Under the pieces are notes generated by a model. The model was not told the origin of the DNA. It ran no database searches and worked only from the letters and a program-made list of their open reading frames with translations. This document shows positions 1-9,441 of a stretch of DNA of 32,000 nt, in pieces. Position 1 is the first letter of the stretch. The number at the start of each line of letters is the position of its first letter. This DNA comes from Amoeboradix gromovi X-113. Lineage: Eukaryota; Fungi; Sanchytriomycota. Position numbers and translations under genes: made by a program. The stretch is taken from positions 9,374 through 41,373 of the forward strand of contig JADGIF010000016.1 of assembly GCA_018985225.1 (NCBI GenBank), written 5' to 3'.

Positions 1-520
1 CTCCATGATGTACGTCAATGTCTATGTACAAGACTCTTTCATGATATCTCAGCAACTCTAAAATTCCAAGTACTATATCATTTACGTAACAGAACCCACT
101 GGCTTCGTATGCTTTACTATGGTGCAAGCCGCCTGACCAGTTAATAGCAATATCATAGTTGTTCAGCAATGAATTTGCTGCATCTATACTAGCACCAGCG
201 CTAATTTGACAGAATTCAAAAAGTCCCTCGAAAGTTGGACAATCATCTCCAATGTTATACTTGGCTGCCTCCTTTTCTAAAGTAGCTCTAGTACTAGGTG
301 ACACCTTACTTAAAAAGTTGATATATTCGTCAGTGTGGAATCTTGTCAACTGCTGAACCGATGCTTTTTGTGGAGTAATCATTGTCATATGATCGAGAAG
401 ATTGTAGTTAACTATCAATTCGTGAGCAAGTTTGATTCTAAACGGTCGCATTGGATGAGTACCATAATGGTATATCCCAACCATTGGATCATACAAATAA
501 GCCACTTTTGGAGTAGTCAT
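1..520 (-). CDS. Class I histone deacetylase (RPD3/HOS2 family), running off the window start
   Basis: Not in the ORF track. Manual translation from ATG 520: MTTPKVAYLYDPMVGIYHYGTHPMRPFRIKLAHELIVNY...DIAINWSGGLHHSKAYEASGFCYVNDIVLGILELLRYHERVLYIDIDVHHG, which carries the canonical HDAC motifs GGLHH, SGFCYVND and YIDIDVHHG. Confidence 0.95.
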   Translation of the reverse strand, partial: MTTPKVAYLYDPMVGIYHYGTHPMRPFRIKLAHELIVNYNLLDHMTMITPQKASVQQLTRFHTDEYINFLSKVSPSTRATLEKEAAKYNIGDDCPTFEGLFEFCQISAGASIDAANSLLNNYDIAINWSGGLHHSKAYEASGFCYVNDIVLGILELLRYHERVLYIDIDVHHG

Positions 521-548
521 ATAAAACGTGGAGAATTTATAAAGAAAA

Positions 549-3039
549 ATGGCTACCGTCAAACCTTTAACTTCCATCCATTTTTTCAATGATGCATTGA
601 ATGTTATCAAGCTTAATGGCTCAACTATATTAAAAATTCTAGAGCATGAAGACTATAGTAGAGCAACTGTTATTAAATTGTTACAAACTGCAAATGAGCT
701 ATTTCTTGTTTTAACTAATTCTTACCCTCCCAAGCCGTACTACACGTTGTTTAGCGAAATACTTCTGTATATCCAGCCCCTTCAGATGTACTTCATTGAG
801 TATGAACGTCATTCTAAAGATTTGCAGGATATATACGAGCTATGTCAATATATCCCAATGTGCCTTCCTCGCCTGTACTTGATGATTACAGTTGCCAGTG
901 CCATGTCACTTTATAACCACAAGTATCCAGATCTGCTGCAAATACCGGACAAGTTAATAATTACGGAAGTCATGAGTATGAGCAAAGCCGTTCAACACTC
1001 AATTCGTGGTCTATTTCTGAGGCACTACCTTGGGATCAGCTTTAAACATGCTTTAGATTCTGATGGACTAGACTTGGCTGACAAAGTTCAGTTTATAATT
1101 AATAACCTCATTCAAATGGTTACTTTGTGGATTAGATGGCAGCATCATGGTTATACGCCTGATATTCGCCAAGATGAAAGACAACAGTTGACCACTTTGA
1201 TTGGAACTCATTTTCAGCGTTTAACGCTTCTAAACTTTTCTCTCGAGTATTACCAAAGCAGTGTTTTACCTTCAATTTTGAAAGAAGTAGTTAACACCAG
1301 TGATGACTTGGCACAGGAGTACTTATTACAAATTATTATGGATGGATTTCCCATCAATTTTCAGTTAGCTACGCTAGATCAGTTATTGAGTTGTGTTGCT
1401 AAATGTCAAATTAATATCAAACGTACAATGCTATCTATGTTGACAACCTTTACTCTTAAATTCCAAGAGCTCTCTGATAATACTACTAATTTGTTCAACA
1501 TCTTCTTTCCTCAGGTACAGTTAGTGTTAAGTACCCGTTTAGATGTTAGCCCGTTAGATATCAGTGAGATTATGTTAGCAATGGTTAGGCTGGTTATTAC
1601 GTACTACCCTTCCAACTATGAGTATCTTGATTTAATATTTAGTAACCTTGTTGTTTATTTGAAGGACAAGCAAATTGACTTTCAGGTTTGGGACAACTAC
1701 CAGGAAATGTTCAAGTTGCTATTGAACGAGTTCCACTCTGATATATTCTTTCATTTGCACGTAGATTCATTGCTTTCTGTATTTCCAATTAGACACCAAA
1801 TGTTAATTAGTGTTTTATTTATAAACGAATTGACTAATAACAATAAGTGTCTTGGAAACATGGACGAATTGGGTGTTTTCATGAGCATCTGCAATTCGTT
1901 GTACAACAAAAGACCCGAACTACCTGCAAACGACACAGTATTGTTCTGTAAATGTTTGCATAATATTAGGCATTCAGACCCTAGCGAGTATTTTCTAGTA
2001 TTTAACACTAATTTAGCTTATCAGTAGCATTCGTAAATATATTGCAGATTCAAGCCATAATAGATTAAAGTTAATTATCCCTACGTTGCTAGAGTTATCC
2101 TTGAAGGTTATACCAAGACTAGAACCAGAATCAGCTATACAGGCACCAGTAGTATATAAGTTTGCGCACCAGCTGATAGCTCTGCTAGTACATACAACCA
2201 ATGATTCGCAGTTAGGGTTTAATAAAGTGGAGGACGAAAATGAATTGCAGTGTTTAAAACTATATTTAAATGTGGGAGTGAATTGTGGACTAAATGGCAT
2301 GGAAGAGATGGGTTACGAAATGTTTGTGCAGGGATTTACTATATACGAGACAATGATTAGTGAGAGCAGAAGCCAATACTGTGCGTTAATAGCTATGACT
2401 ACTCAGTTACAAAAGTCTGTTATGCAGAGCGGTAACTATGACACATTGACCACAAAGATATGCTTGTATTGCCAAAAACTGATGAAAAGACAAGATCAAT
2501 GCAGAAGCTTGTTATTAACTAGTCATTTGTACAATAAAGTTAGTTACAAAAATGAGAGCAAATTACTTGGAGTATTGCAAAAAAGTATTAAGATAGCAGA
2601 CAGCTGCGTAGATGCAACAATACATTTAGAGTTATTTGTGGAAATATTGTCAAAGTACATTTACTTTAAAATACAAAAGATTGAAATTATAACAACTAAG
2701 CACGTAACAGTGCTGATTAATCTGATCTGCACCACATTGAAAGAGCAGATAAACATTAGTAACATAGGAATAAAACCACAATCAAGCATAATATCACCAT
2801 TATTACTGGGAAACAGTTTATATGGAGCGCCATCAAATGTACAGTTACCTACTAGTATCGCAAACTCGGAGATGAGTGGTCTAGATCAGTTCGCTCAGTG
2901 GCTCCTGATTTCAAGACATTTCAAGAACTTACTAGTGGCTATAGAGCATGAGAAAGAGATGGAGGGTGTATCGGTCGATCAGGCATTAGTGGCTGTAGAA
3001 CAAGTGTTAGTGCTACTGCAATCGAAGATATCCAAATGA
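549..3039 (+). CDS. VPS35: Retromer subunit VPS35, two exons (549-1997, 2017-3039)
   Basis: Motifs DIYELCQY...LPRLYLMITV, QHSIRGLFLRHYL, LWIRWQH, AQEYL and QDQCR. Removing 1998-2016 joins the two ORFs in frame (EYFL|LISSIRKYIADSSHNRLKLIIPTL). Confidence 0.93.
1998..2016 (+). other. 19-nt spliceosomal intron in VPS35
   Basis: GTATTTAACACTAATTTAG, phase 0; excision restores the frame. CTAAT branch-like motif. Confidence 0.88.
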
Positions 3040-3084
3040 TCAATAAATTTAAATTGCATATTCTTTATCTTTTACACGACAAGC

Positions 3085-3279
3085 CTCTGTCCAAAGTACT
3101 TGACTCCTGAAAAATTAAGAACTTCTACAGTAAAATTGGCGACACTAATCCAACTGTAACAGCAATAGCTGACGTCATTAGAACCCTGAGGCGGGATTGA
3201 ATAAGGATGCAGATACTTGATGTATATGTTCCTTGCTGCCATATGATCTCTATCTATCTCCAAATGACACTTTGAACAT
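3085..3279 (-). mobile_element. 5'-truncated Fanzor2/IS607-TnpB 3' fragment with omegaRNA-like end (copy D, divergent subfamily)
   Basis: Encodes CSKCHLEIDRDHMAARNIYIKY (zinc ribbon plus RuvC-III DRD motif). Near-identical to copies A/B/C up to CCCGCCTCAGGG, then diverged but alignable to a terminal ACAGAG. Confidence 0.85.
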
Positions 3280-3414
3280 ACGGGACTCACTCTGTGATTT
3301 CTAGACTACGGTGAAAACAAAATTATTGAGAAACGTTGATATCAAGCCAACTTGAGATTATCAATATAACACAAAAAGAACTGTTTAAATATTATCAAAT
3401 ATTTTTAAAACAGA

Positions 3415-4033
3415 TGAGACATCAAATATAAAAAGTGGACTAACTTTCTGTAACAACTTGGAACATTATTTCAGCTTTATTAATTTTATGGATTTAAGAG
3501 GCAAGTGGACATTCAGCTAGTTGCGGAGTTGACGAGTATAAAAGGAAAATAAATATTATGTACAGCTATTCTCTTACTCTTTCATCCAATCTTTATTTCA
3601 AATAAACCTCTGATTCATAATATTAATTCATAATACTGATTCATAGTACTAATTCATAATACTAATTCATAATACCAATTCATAATAGGGTAGTTCAGCA
3701 AGACAAGAGTCAGTGAGACTGTCCATAGATTGCACTACAAAGAAATGTAGTGTCTGTAAAAACTTGAATAGATAAGAGTAATGATGTTAGTATAGCATTA
3801 CAAAATGACTCTAGAACAGAGTACCGTCTAAGAAAATGCACCTTTTGCTTGGATGCTCAAAGACCTCATATATTTGAACGAGATGCAGGGTCTTATACTT
3901 TTATTTTAAAAAGAGGAATACAATCAATAAAATAAAATTGGTATAATAGAAGATCTTTTATTAATGATAGCATTTCCTCCGTATGGAGCACCTTTAAATA
4001 CGAGTTAGTCTAGTTTTTATATTTGGTGTCCCA
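3415..4033 (+). mobile_element. Non-autonomous TIR element (copy 1) carrying a Fanzor-like C-terminal remnant
   Basis: Imperfect TIRs of about 32 bp: TGAGACATCAAATATAAAAAGTGGACTAACT versus the reverse complement of the right end, TGGGACACCAAATATAAAAAACTAGACTAACT. A second copy is inverted at 25024-25508. Internal 3734-3935 reads TTKKCSVC [frameshift] EYRLRKCTFCLDAQRPHIFERDAGSYTFILKRG. Confidence 0.82.
3610..3687 (+). repeat. Tandem repeat, 6 x 13 bp (consensus CTAATTCATAATA)
   Basis: Units start at 3610, 3623, 3636, 3649, 3662 and 3675. Confidence 0.95.
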
Positions 4034-4034
4034 C

Positions 4035-5081
4035 ATGTCTCAAGCTCACTACATTAAAATTTTTAAAGATTTGAAGAACGATGAAAATAGCAGATACAAA
4101 CACGACTTAAAGAAATTATCAAATGAATTAAATATGAAGGAAAGCGTTGTAATTGACAAGTGCATAGAGTTGATAGAAAGAGTAAGTAATGATAAAAACA
4201 TTTTGCAAATAACTTCTAAGATGCAAAAAACATCACTCAATGAGACAGACCTTTCAAATAATTATGACTACTCAGAAACTTTAATTCTTAAACATTTATA
4301 TGATGATAAAAATAGACAATTATTTGGTAAGTATAACAATTTTTTTGACTCAATGGATGATGCAATGACTTTTATGCTGCAAAAAGAACCTTACAAAAAA
4401 TTGGAACCATATTTGTCAATTTTTGATGCTGATTATTTGGCAAACGCAGACCACGATACAATTATACAGGACATGCCTTCCCACGATAATAGTAGGTCTT
4501 TGTCGAGAAAGTTCCTCAATGAGTTGTTTTTTGAGACTATTATTGTTGATAAGGAGCTAAAATCAATTTTTTTGGGCGATGGGAAATGTAAGTCATCCAA
4601 AAAAAAAAGAGTTAAAAGAAATGAAATCCCAATTGATTTCGTAATGCAATGGTCTAAAACATATGTTGGTATTGAAAAGATTTACTATCTCAACATTTCT
4701 AACAACTCTCTTGCAAAAGAAGATTTGAAATTTTTGGAAAAGCTAGAAGTTGAGATACTAAACGTGAGTGGGAATAGAATTCTGTTTGACATTGACACCG
4801 ACTTCCATGACACATTTATCAGTGTTATTAAAAACGTCAAGTCCTATGTTGACTTTAGCAATAATTTGATAGATTATGATGTAGATATCCTAAACAGCGT
4901 TTACCTTCAAGAAGGCCTAGCAGAAAAGTATGTTTGGTTGAACTCGGGTCATCTTGATTCCAAGCATCATTCTAATCCCTGGGTTAAATTCTACAAAGAT
5001 AATAATTTATCAGAGAAAGTTGATATTGTGTTTAAATCGCACTGTCAATACTTTTCAACTATCTCTGCTATTGAAAATTAA
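4035..5081 (+). CDS. Hypothetical protein with short leucine-rich repeats in the C-terminal half
   Basis: Intact ORF of about 348 aa from ATG 4035. LRR-like motifs YLNISNNSL, ILNVSGNRI and YVDFSNNLI. Confidence 0.65.
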   Translation: MSQAHYIKIFKDLKNDENSRYKHDLKKLSNELNMKESVVIDKCIELIERVSNDKNILQITSKMQKTSLNETDLSNNYDYSETLILKHLYDDKNRQLFGKYNNFFDSMDDAMTFMLQKEPYKKLEPYLSIFDADYLANADHDTIIQDMPSHDNSRSLSRKFLNELFFETIIVDKELKSIFLGDGKCKSSKKKRVKRNEIPIDFVMQWSKTYVGIEKIYYLNISNNSLAKEDLKFLEKLEVEILNVSGNRILFDIDTDFHDTFISVIKNVKSYVDFSNNLIDYDVDILNSVYLQEGLAEKYVWLNSGHLDSKHHSNPWVKFYKDNNLSEKVDIVFKSHCQYFSTISAIEN

Positions 5082-5272
5082 ATCCTGATAAATTTACTGT
5101 TTTTTTCAATTTGCCACTTCTTATTTCATTGTGTTTTGCACGACTTTCTTTGCCCTGATTGAAAAAATAATTTCTTTTCCATGCTTTTGAACAATGAGAA
5201 ATTAATGAATACATGTTCATGTTATAAAATACTACTGAACATTCATCGCAAATGTCGTTCCTACTCTCTATC

Positions 5273-5924
5273 TCAATGGGCTAAATATCCAATCTTTGTT
5301 TTAAACTTTTCTGGGTATTCTTGCAACTCAAATAGATCGTTCAAATCATAGTTCACATTATCATTACAATTTCTGACAAAAACCCAATACAACATTACCA
5401 CTTCAGGTTGAATTAAGTAATTAGGATGTTTGTTTTTATGATCAGTAGTACAGTAATCCTTCATATGATTTTTGAAGTGGTCACGGCACTCAGAATGCAA
5501 AGATTTTTTCATGATGTTTTGAATTCTACCTTTCTGTTTATCATCAAGCTTCTTTAAAATTTCATATGTTTCTGGATTAAATAGTCCAGGGATTTTCTTG
5601 TTCAACGTTCTGGTTTTCTTTTGTAAGTAAATCCTAATATCATACATAAGAGGAGCCAAAACGCGTTGACATTTGCAACTCGTATTCTGGAATAATACAG
5701 TTTTAAACAAAAAATGTACAAAAAAGATAATACTAAATCCTGATGCATTCTTGGCATCCTCCATGGTGGAAATCTCTGGCTTTCTTCACGCTTAGAGTAC
5801 AAACAGATGCTTTAAGCTTTCTACTACTTAGATCACTTTGTTTTGATTCATTATGGCTCCATTTTGGTTTCAAACGTATAAGATATCTTTCATCATGATC
5901 CAATTCTTCCATTGTTTCAAGCAA
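5273..5924 (-). pseudogene. Fragmented coding-like region of unknown family
   Basis: Overlapping ORFs 5733-5924 and 5273-5764 in different frames with protein-like composition. No motif recognised. Confidence 0.3.
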
Positions 5925-6138
5925 CAGTTTTTGTTTTCACAATGTTAATCAGTATAGTAGACTATTTACCAATCTTTTTACCATCTGTTTGATAGTTCTT
6001 ATTGTCGTACATTTTTCAACAGAACGTTGGAACAACCACAACGTTCACAAGCTTATTTTATTACTAGAATAATTATTTACATTTTGTTGATTTTTTCTAT
6101 ACCATTTACCAAAATGACCTGCTCGATTGTTTTCTTGA

Positions 6139-6684
6139 ATAAATCATTTATCGCGAATTTGTACATATTTTTGTATCATTTCAAGACTTTTCCAGAGTTT
6201 TCTAATACCTTAAACACTCGATATTCTTCCTTTTCGCAAATGGTAAATCAATTCTAAATAAATAATTAACAGGTACAGCATACATTCATCAACACTGAGG
6301 AACTAGTCCAAACATAGAATAATTAGATGTCTTCAATGCCTAGACAGTGATATCTGTACAATTTATTCAAGGAACGCTTGAAATTCAAGTGTAAGCAAAG
6401 AGGAAAGACGATGCTCGAATGTAATGAAGCATTTACTAGTCAGACATGTACAAGGTGTGGTGCTCTAAAGAAAACCAATTTAGAAACATACACATGTACA
6501 AAGTGTCATTTGAAGATAGATAGAGACCATATTGCAGCAAGGAACATATACATTAAGTATATGCATCGTTATTCAATCCCGCCTCAGGATAGTGAAAGTG
6601 TAAGCAATCACTGTAACGGAGAAACTAGCATTAGTTTCTCTGTGGAAATTCTCGATTTTCTCGGAAATCAGGACTTTTAACGAG
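6139..6684 (+). mobile_element. Internally deleted IS607-like/Fanzor2 element (copy A): left end, TnpA HTH stub, Fanzor2 C-terminus, omegaRNA-like end
   Basis: Shares both boundaries with 23411-23954 (ATAAATnATTTATCGCG ... TTTTAACGAG). The 5' stub reads INSK*IINRYSIHSSTLRN*SKHRIIRCL (MerR-type HTH of IS607 serine transposases). The 3' part reads LFKERLKFKCKQRG...NEAFTSQTCTRCG...CTKCHLKIDRDHIAARNIYIKY. Confidence 0.88.
6571..6684 (+). ncRNA. Predicted omegaRNA scaffold of the Fanzor2 element (homologues in copies B, C and D)
   Basis: Three hairpins: 6576-6590; 6616-6643 (ACGGAGAAACTA-GCAT-TAGTTTCTCTGT); and about 6646-6678. Compensatory changes in copy D. It lies between the RuvC-III motif and the element end, as TnpB/Fanzor omegaRNAs do. 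The 5' boundary is uncertain. Confidence 0.68.
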
Positions 6685-7430
6685 TGGTTGCGACCTAAAT
6701 AGATTGTCCCATGCAGCAGAGATCGGGCGAAATCTCCCGCCCTTTCAATTCCATCACTTCTTTTAGTAGTGTCGTTCTACAACTCGCTTAATCTTTCCTA
6801 CCATTTTTGTAACATTTCATTCTATCAGAGTCCGGAACTAGGATCATTGATTACAATAGGACTTGAGATACACTAGTTTATCATCAGCTCGTTAATGCAT
6901 AGGATCTCGTTCAATTCCTCAATAATTAGGTCCCGATTTCTTGAGCGAGTTCCAAGATATCAATTGTGGTATGTCTTTCTTTAGGTGTGTAGGAGAATAT
7001 ACTATTATTTATTTTATAATTTGACGAGGACCTTGTAGTGATTCAGTACCTACGTTGCGGCAGCTTTTGCATCGCTGATAGCATTAAGTTCTGACGATTT
7101 TAGAGTGTCAGTATCTTGAAAAGGATCAACATAGTTGCAAAATGGACATTTGACTGCTGAGACCCTAATTTTTTCATAGCAAAATACGAAATCATTCCTT
7201 TCATCATCTCTAAAATTTTTGTCGTACATGTCAGTAATGTGTTGGCCATTATATAACACAATAGAGTAACCAAAATAAGAGATATTTGACGAAGCGACTG
7301 CTCCAAGATTCAAAGTAACTACGTTGTTCTTATTTGCATCGGCCGGAGTGGGATAGTTACATTCATTTCCGACCATCCAATTTGCTTGACGGTAACAAGA
7401 ATTCCTCAAAAAACTTTTATTGAAAGTTGT

Positions 7431-7690
7431 TACGTAGCTCCCGAATATTTTAATCAAGATGATGGATACTTGTGCGCAAAATATCCATTTGGTAAAGATA
7501 TTTATGCTTTTGCAGTTTTATGTGGAGAAATATTTACTGGGAAATAGATAGCAACGTGCCTGAGTTATTAAAACGCTTAAATAATGGAAAGAGACCATTT
7601 TATAAGGAAGATTAGGATATACCATCCTCCATTTTTGAAATAATGCAGTTATACCAGGAGCAAAATCCTGCTAATCGAGTAAATACATCG
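7431..7690 (+). pseudogene. Protein kinase C-lobe remnant (TKL-like)
   Basis: YVAPEYF...KDIYAFAVLCGEIFTGK* [frameshift] LLKRLNNGKRP...DIPSSIFEIMQLYQEQNPANRV: subdomains VIII-XI with stops. Confidence 0.75.
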
Positions 7691-7704
7691 CCTACGTTAA
7701 ATGT

Positions 7705-8040
7705 GAAGAATTCGAAAATCATGAAGATTTCAAACCCCACACTTCTCAAGTGTAGACAACTTGGGGAGATACCATTTGAGCATGTTCTTGCCTACATATT
7801 TTGAAGTACCTGGATTGATATCTCTATGGTCTTGGTGACCGCATTGCTGACAATTGACGCAACGATTGAATTCTTTCATAACGCTTGCAGCTACTAAAAG
7901 TGTTGGACACATCATATTGTTTTTGAATGGTCGCAACTCTAATGAACTTTGATTTCTTTTCATTTCGCATATTCTGATGCGATAAAATTGCTCCAAGTCG
8001 TAGATCTGCAAAGTGTTGAATGGTGACAAAATACCAGTAC
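7705..8040 (-). mobile_element. Second-family internally deleted IS607-like/Fanzor2 element (copy E); boundaries approximate
   Basis: ATG 7970 gives MRNEKKSKFIRVATIQKQYDVSNT...RIQSLR (IS607 TnpA HTH-like), joined near 7856 in another frame to NCQQCGHQDHRDIN (TnpB zinc ribbon and RD). Two hairpins follow at about 7757-7710. The upstream sequence resembles the copy A left end. Confidence 0.7.
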
Positions 8041-8099
8041 CAATAAAAAGAAGTCCTATGATATTGAGAGTTGTTTATTTATTGTCTTTTTCACTTTCA

Positions 8100-8545
8100 C
8101 GCCAACGGAGTAAAACAAAATTATTTTACAGCAAGCAACTTATGTCAAAATAGTATCGCTTTAGGTAACCAGGATGCTATAAATAATTTAAATGCATTCA
8201 AAGGCACGTCTAGACGGATTCCGTTTTTGGTTACATCATTAATGCTTTGCTCAAGAATTCTATTGCTATACACAATATCAAGAGAACGGTGTGATTTTCT
8301 ACTTGAATCTTCTAAATCCAATAAAAGTTAATAGTACAAGGACTGCTTATTTCGGATTTCAACTGTTTATGCAATTTATTGAGATTACACAATCATTTGA
8401 CAATGGTCAAGGTGTAGAACAAGATTATTTAAAAGCCATGGAATGGCATCAAAAGAGTGCTGCTTTGGGTAATGCAGTTGCCATGCGTAACATTGGAGTA
8501 TTATATGATAATGGTCAAGGTGTACCAGAAGATTATAACATGATA
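8100..8545 (+). pseudogene. SEL1-like repeat remnants
   Basis: NGVKQNYFTA...SIALGNQDAINNL and DNGQGVEQDYLKAMEWHQKSAALGNAVAMRNIGVLYDNGQGVPEDYN, lying in different frames. Confidence 0.8.
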
Positions 8546-9441
8546 TTTAATATTCTATGGCATATAGTCATCTGTTATTAATGCTGTTGAGGTATGAACA
8601 CTGAAACAACCGAATGTACTCGATATTATAGGAGTTTAACGAATAAACTGTCTTAACTTCTTTATGCGGATTTGCGAACTGGGAATTTATTTATTTTTTA
8701 CACCGAAATTAAAATATGGTCTTAAGGAATAAATTATTCCAATTAAATAATGTACATTAACAAGAAATAGGGTCATTTTCAATAGATGAGGAATTTTCAG
8801 AACACGGGCAATACCAGGCATTATTCTAGTTTATTGCAGAGGAATCAGAAATAAGAGTTGAGGTAGCGATTCTTTTCGATTAAGAGATCTTGGTGAGTTA
8901 GCAGTGTCTGCGAGTTAGTCATTTGATAATATGCTTCGGTCTTCAAATTGGATTCACTTGGACAGAGAGCCTCACCCTGCGAATTTCTTCCTCTTGAGAA
9001 TCATTGTGAATTTCACTGAGGTCTGGGAATTTAAGAAAAGAAGAGAGCTCGGACCGCGTATAGGTTATGACTTGTATATGCATGTCATTGAAGTGTGGGA
9101 ATTTATTAAACAAGGAAAGATTCCAAGAAAGAACAGCAGTGTTTAACGTTCAAATGAAAAGAATTTACTTCCAGAATTCTATATTTGTTACTTCATGCTA
9201 AATCAATGAAAAGAAGCCCAATAGACCATGTATACTACCTCATTCTATCTATTACTTGATGTTCTCAATGAAAGGAAACTCAGTTACAAAGGTCTATATA
9301 TACCCCCTCCTGGAGTTGTCCTGGGTCATCAATATTTGATTGGGATCGAGTTCAAGCAATTGGCAAATCTCAACTACATCCCGAAAGAACGTGATCCTCT
9401 TATGCTTGAGAGGAAATGCATCTTTTATATTCAACTGCCGA

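Noticed and set aside
1998-2086. Stop-codon reassignment or sequencing frameshifts as the cause of split ORFs
   Set aside because: Genes end normally at TAA/TAG/TGA, and each split is resolved by a consensus GT-AG intron.
3610-3687. CRISPR-like array
   Set aside because: Contiguous 13-bp units with no spacers, in a eukaryotic context.
3756-3771. 16-nt intron repairing the frameshift in the TIR-element Fanzor remnant
   Set aside because: No branch A at -6, and splicing would remove the second Cys of CSVC.
6378-6680. Functional Fanzor/TnpB gene
   Set aside because: Only the last 100 or so codons remain; RuvC-I and the N-terminal domains are deleted.
6687-6695. Copy A guide matching element E (GTTGCGACC near 7929-7937)
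   Set aside because: Only 9 nt and not starting at the guide 5' end; compatible with chance.
7050-7457. 135-aa minus-strand ORF
   Set aside because: Non-ATG start, overlaps the kinase remnant and has no recognisable motif; left uncalled.
8679-9110. Three TGGGAATTTA motifs
   Set aside because: Irregular spacing and too short to interpret.
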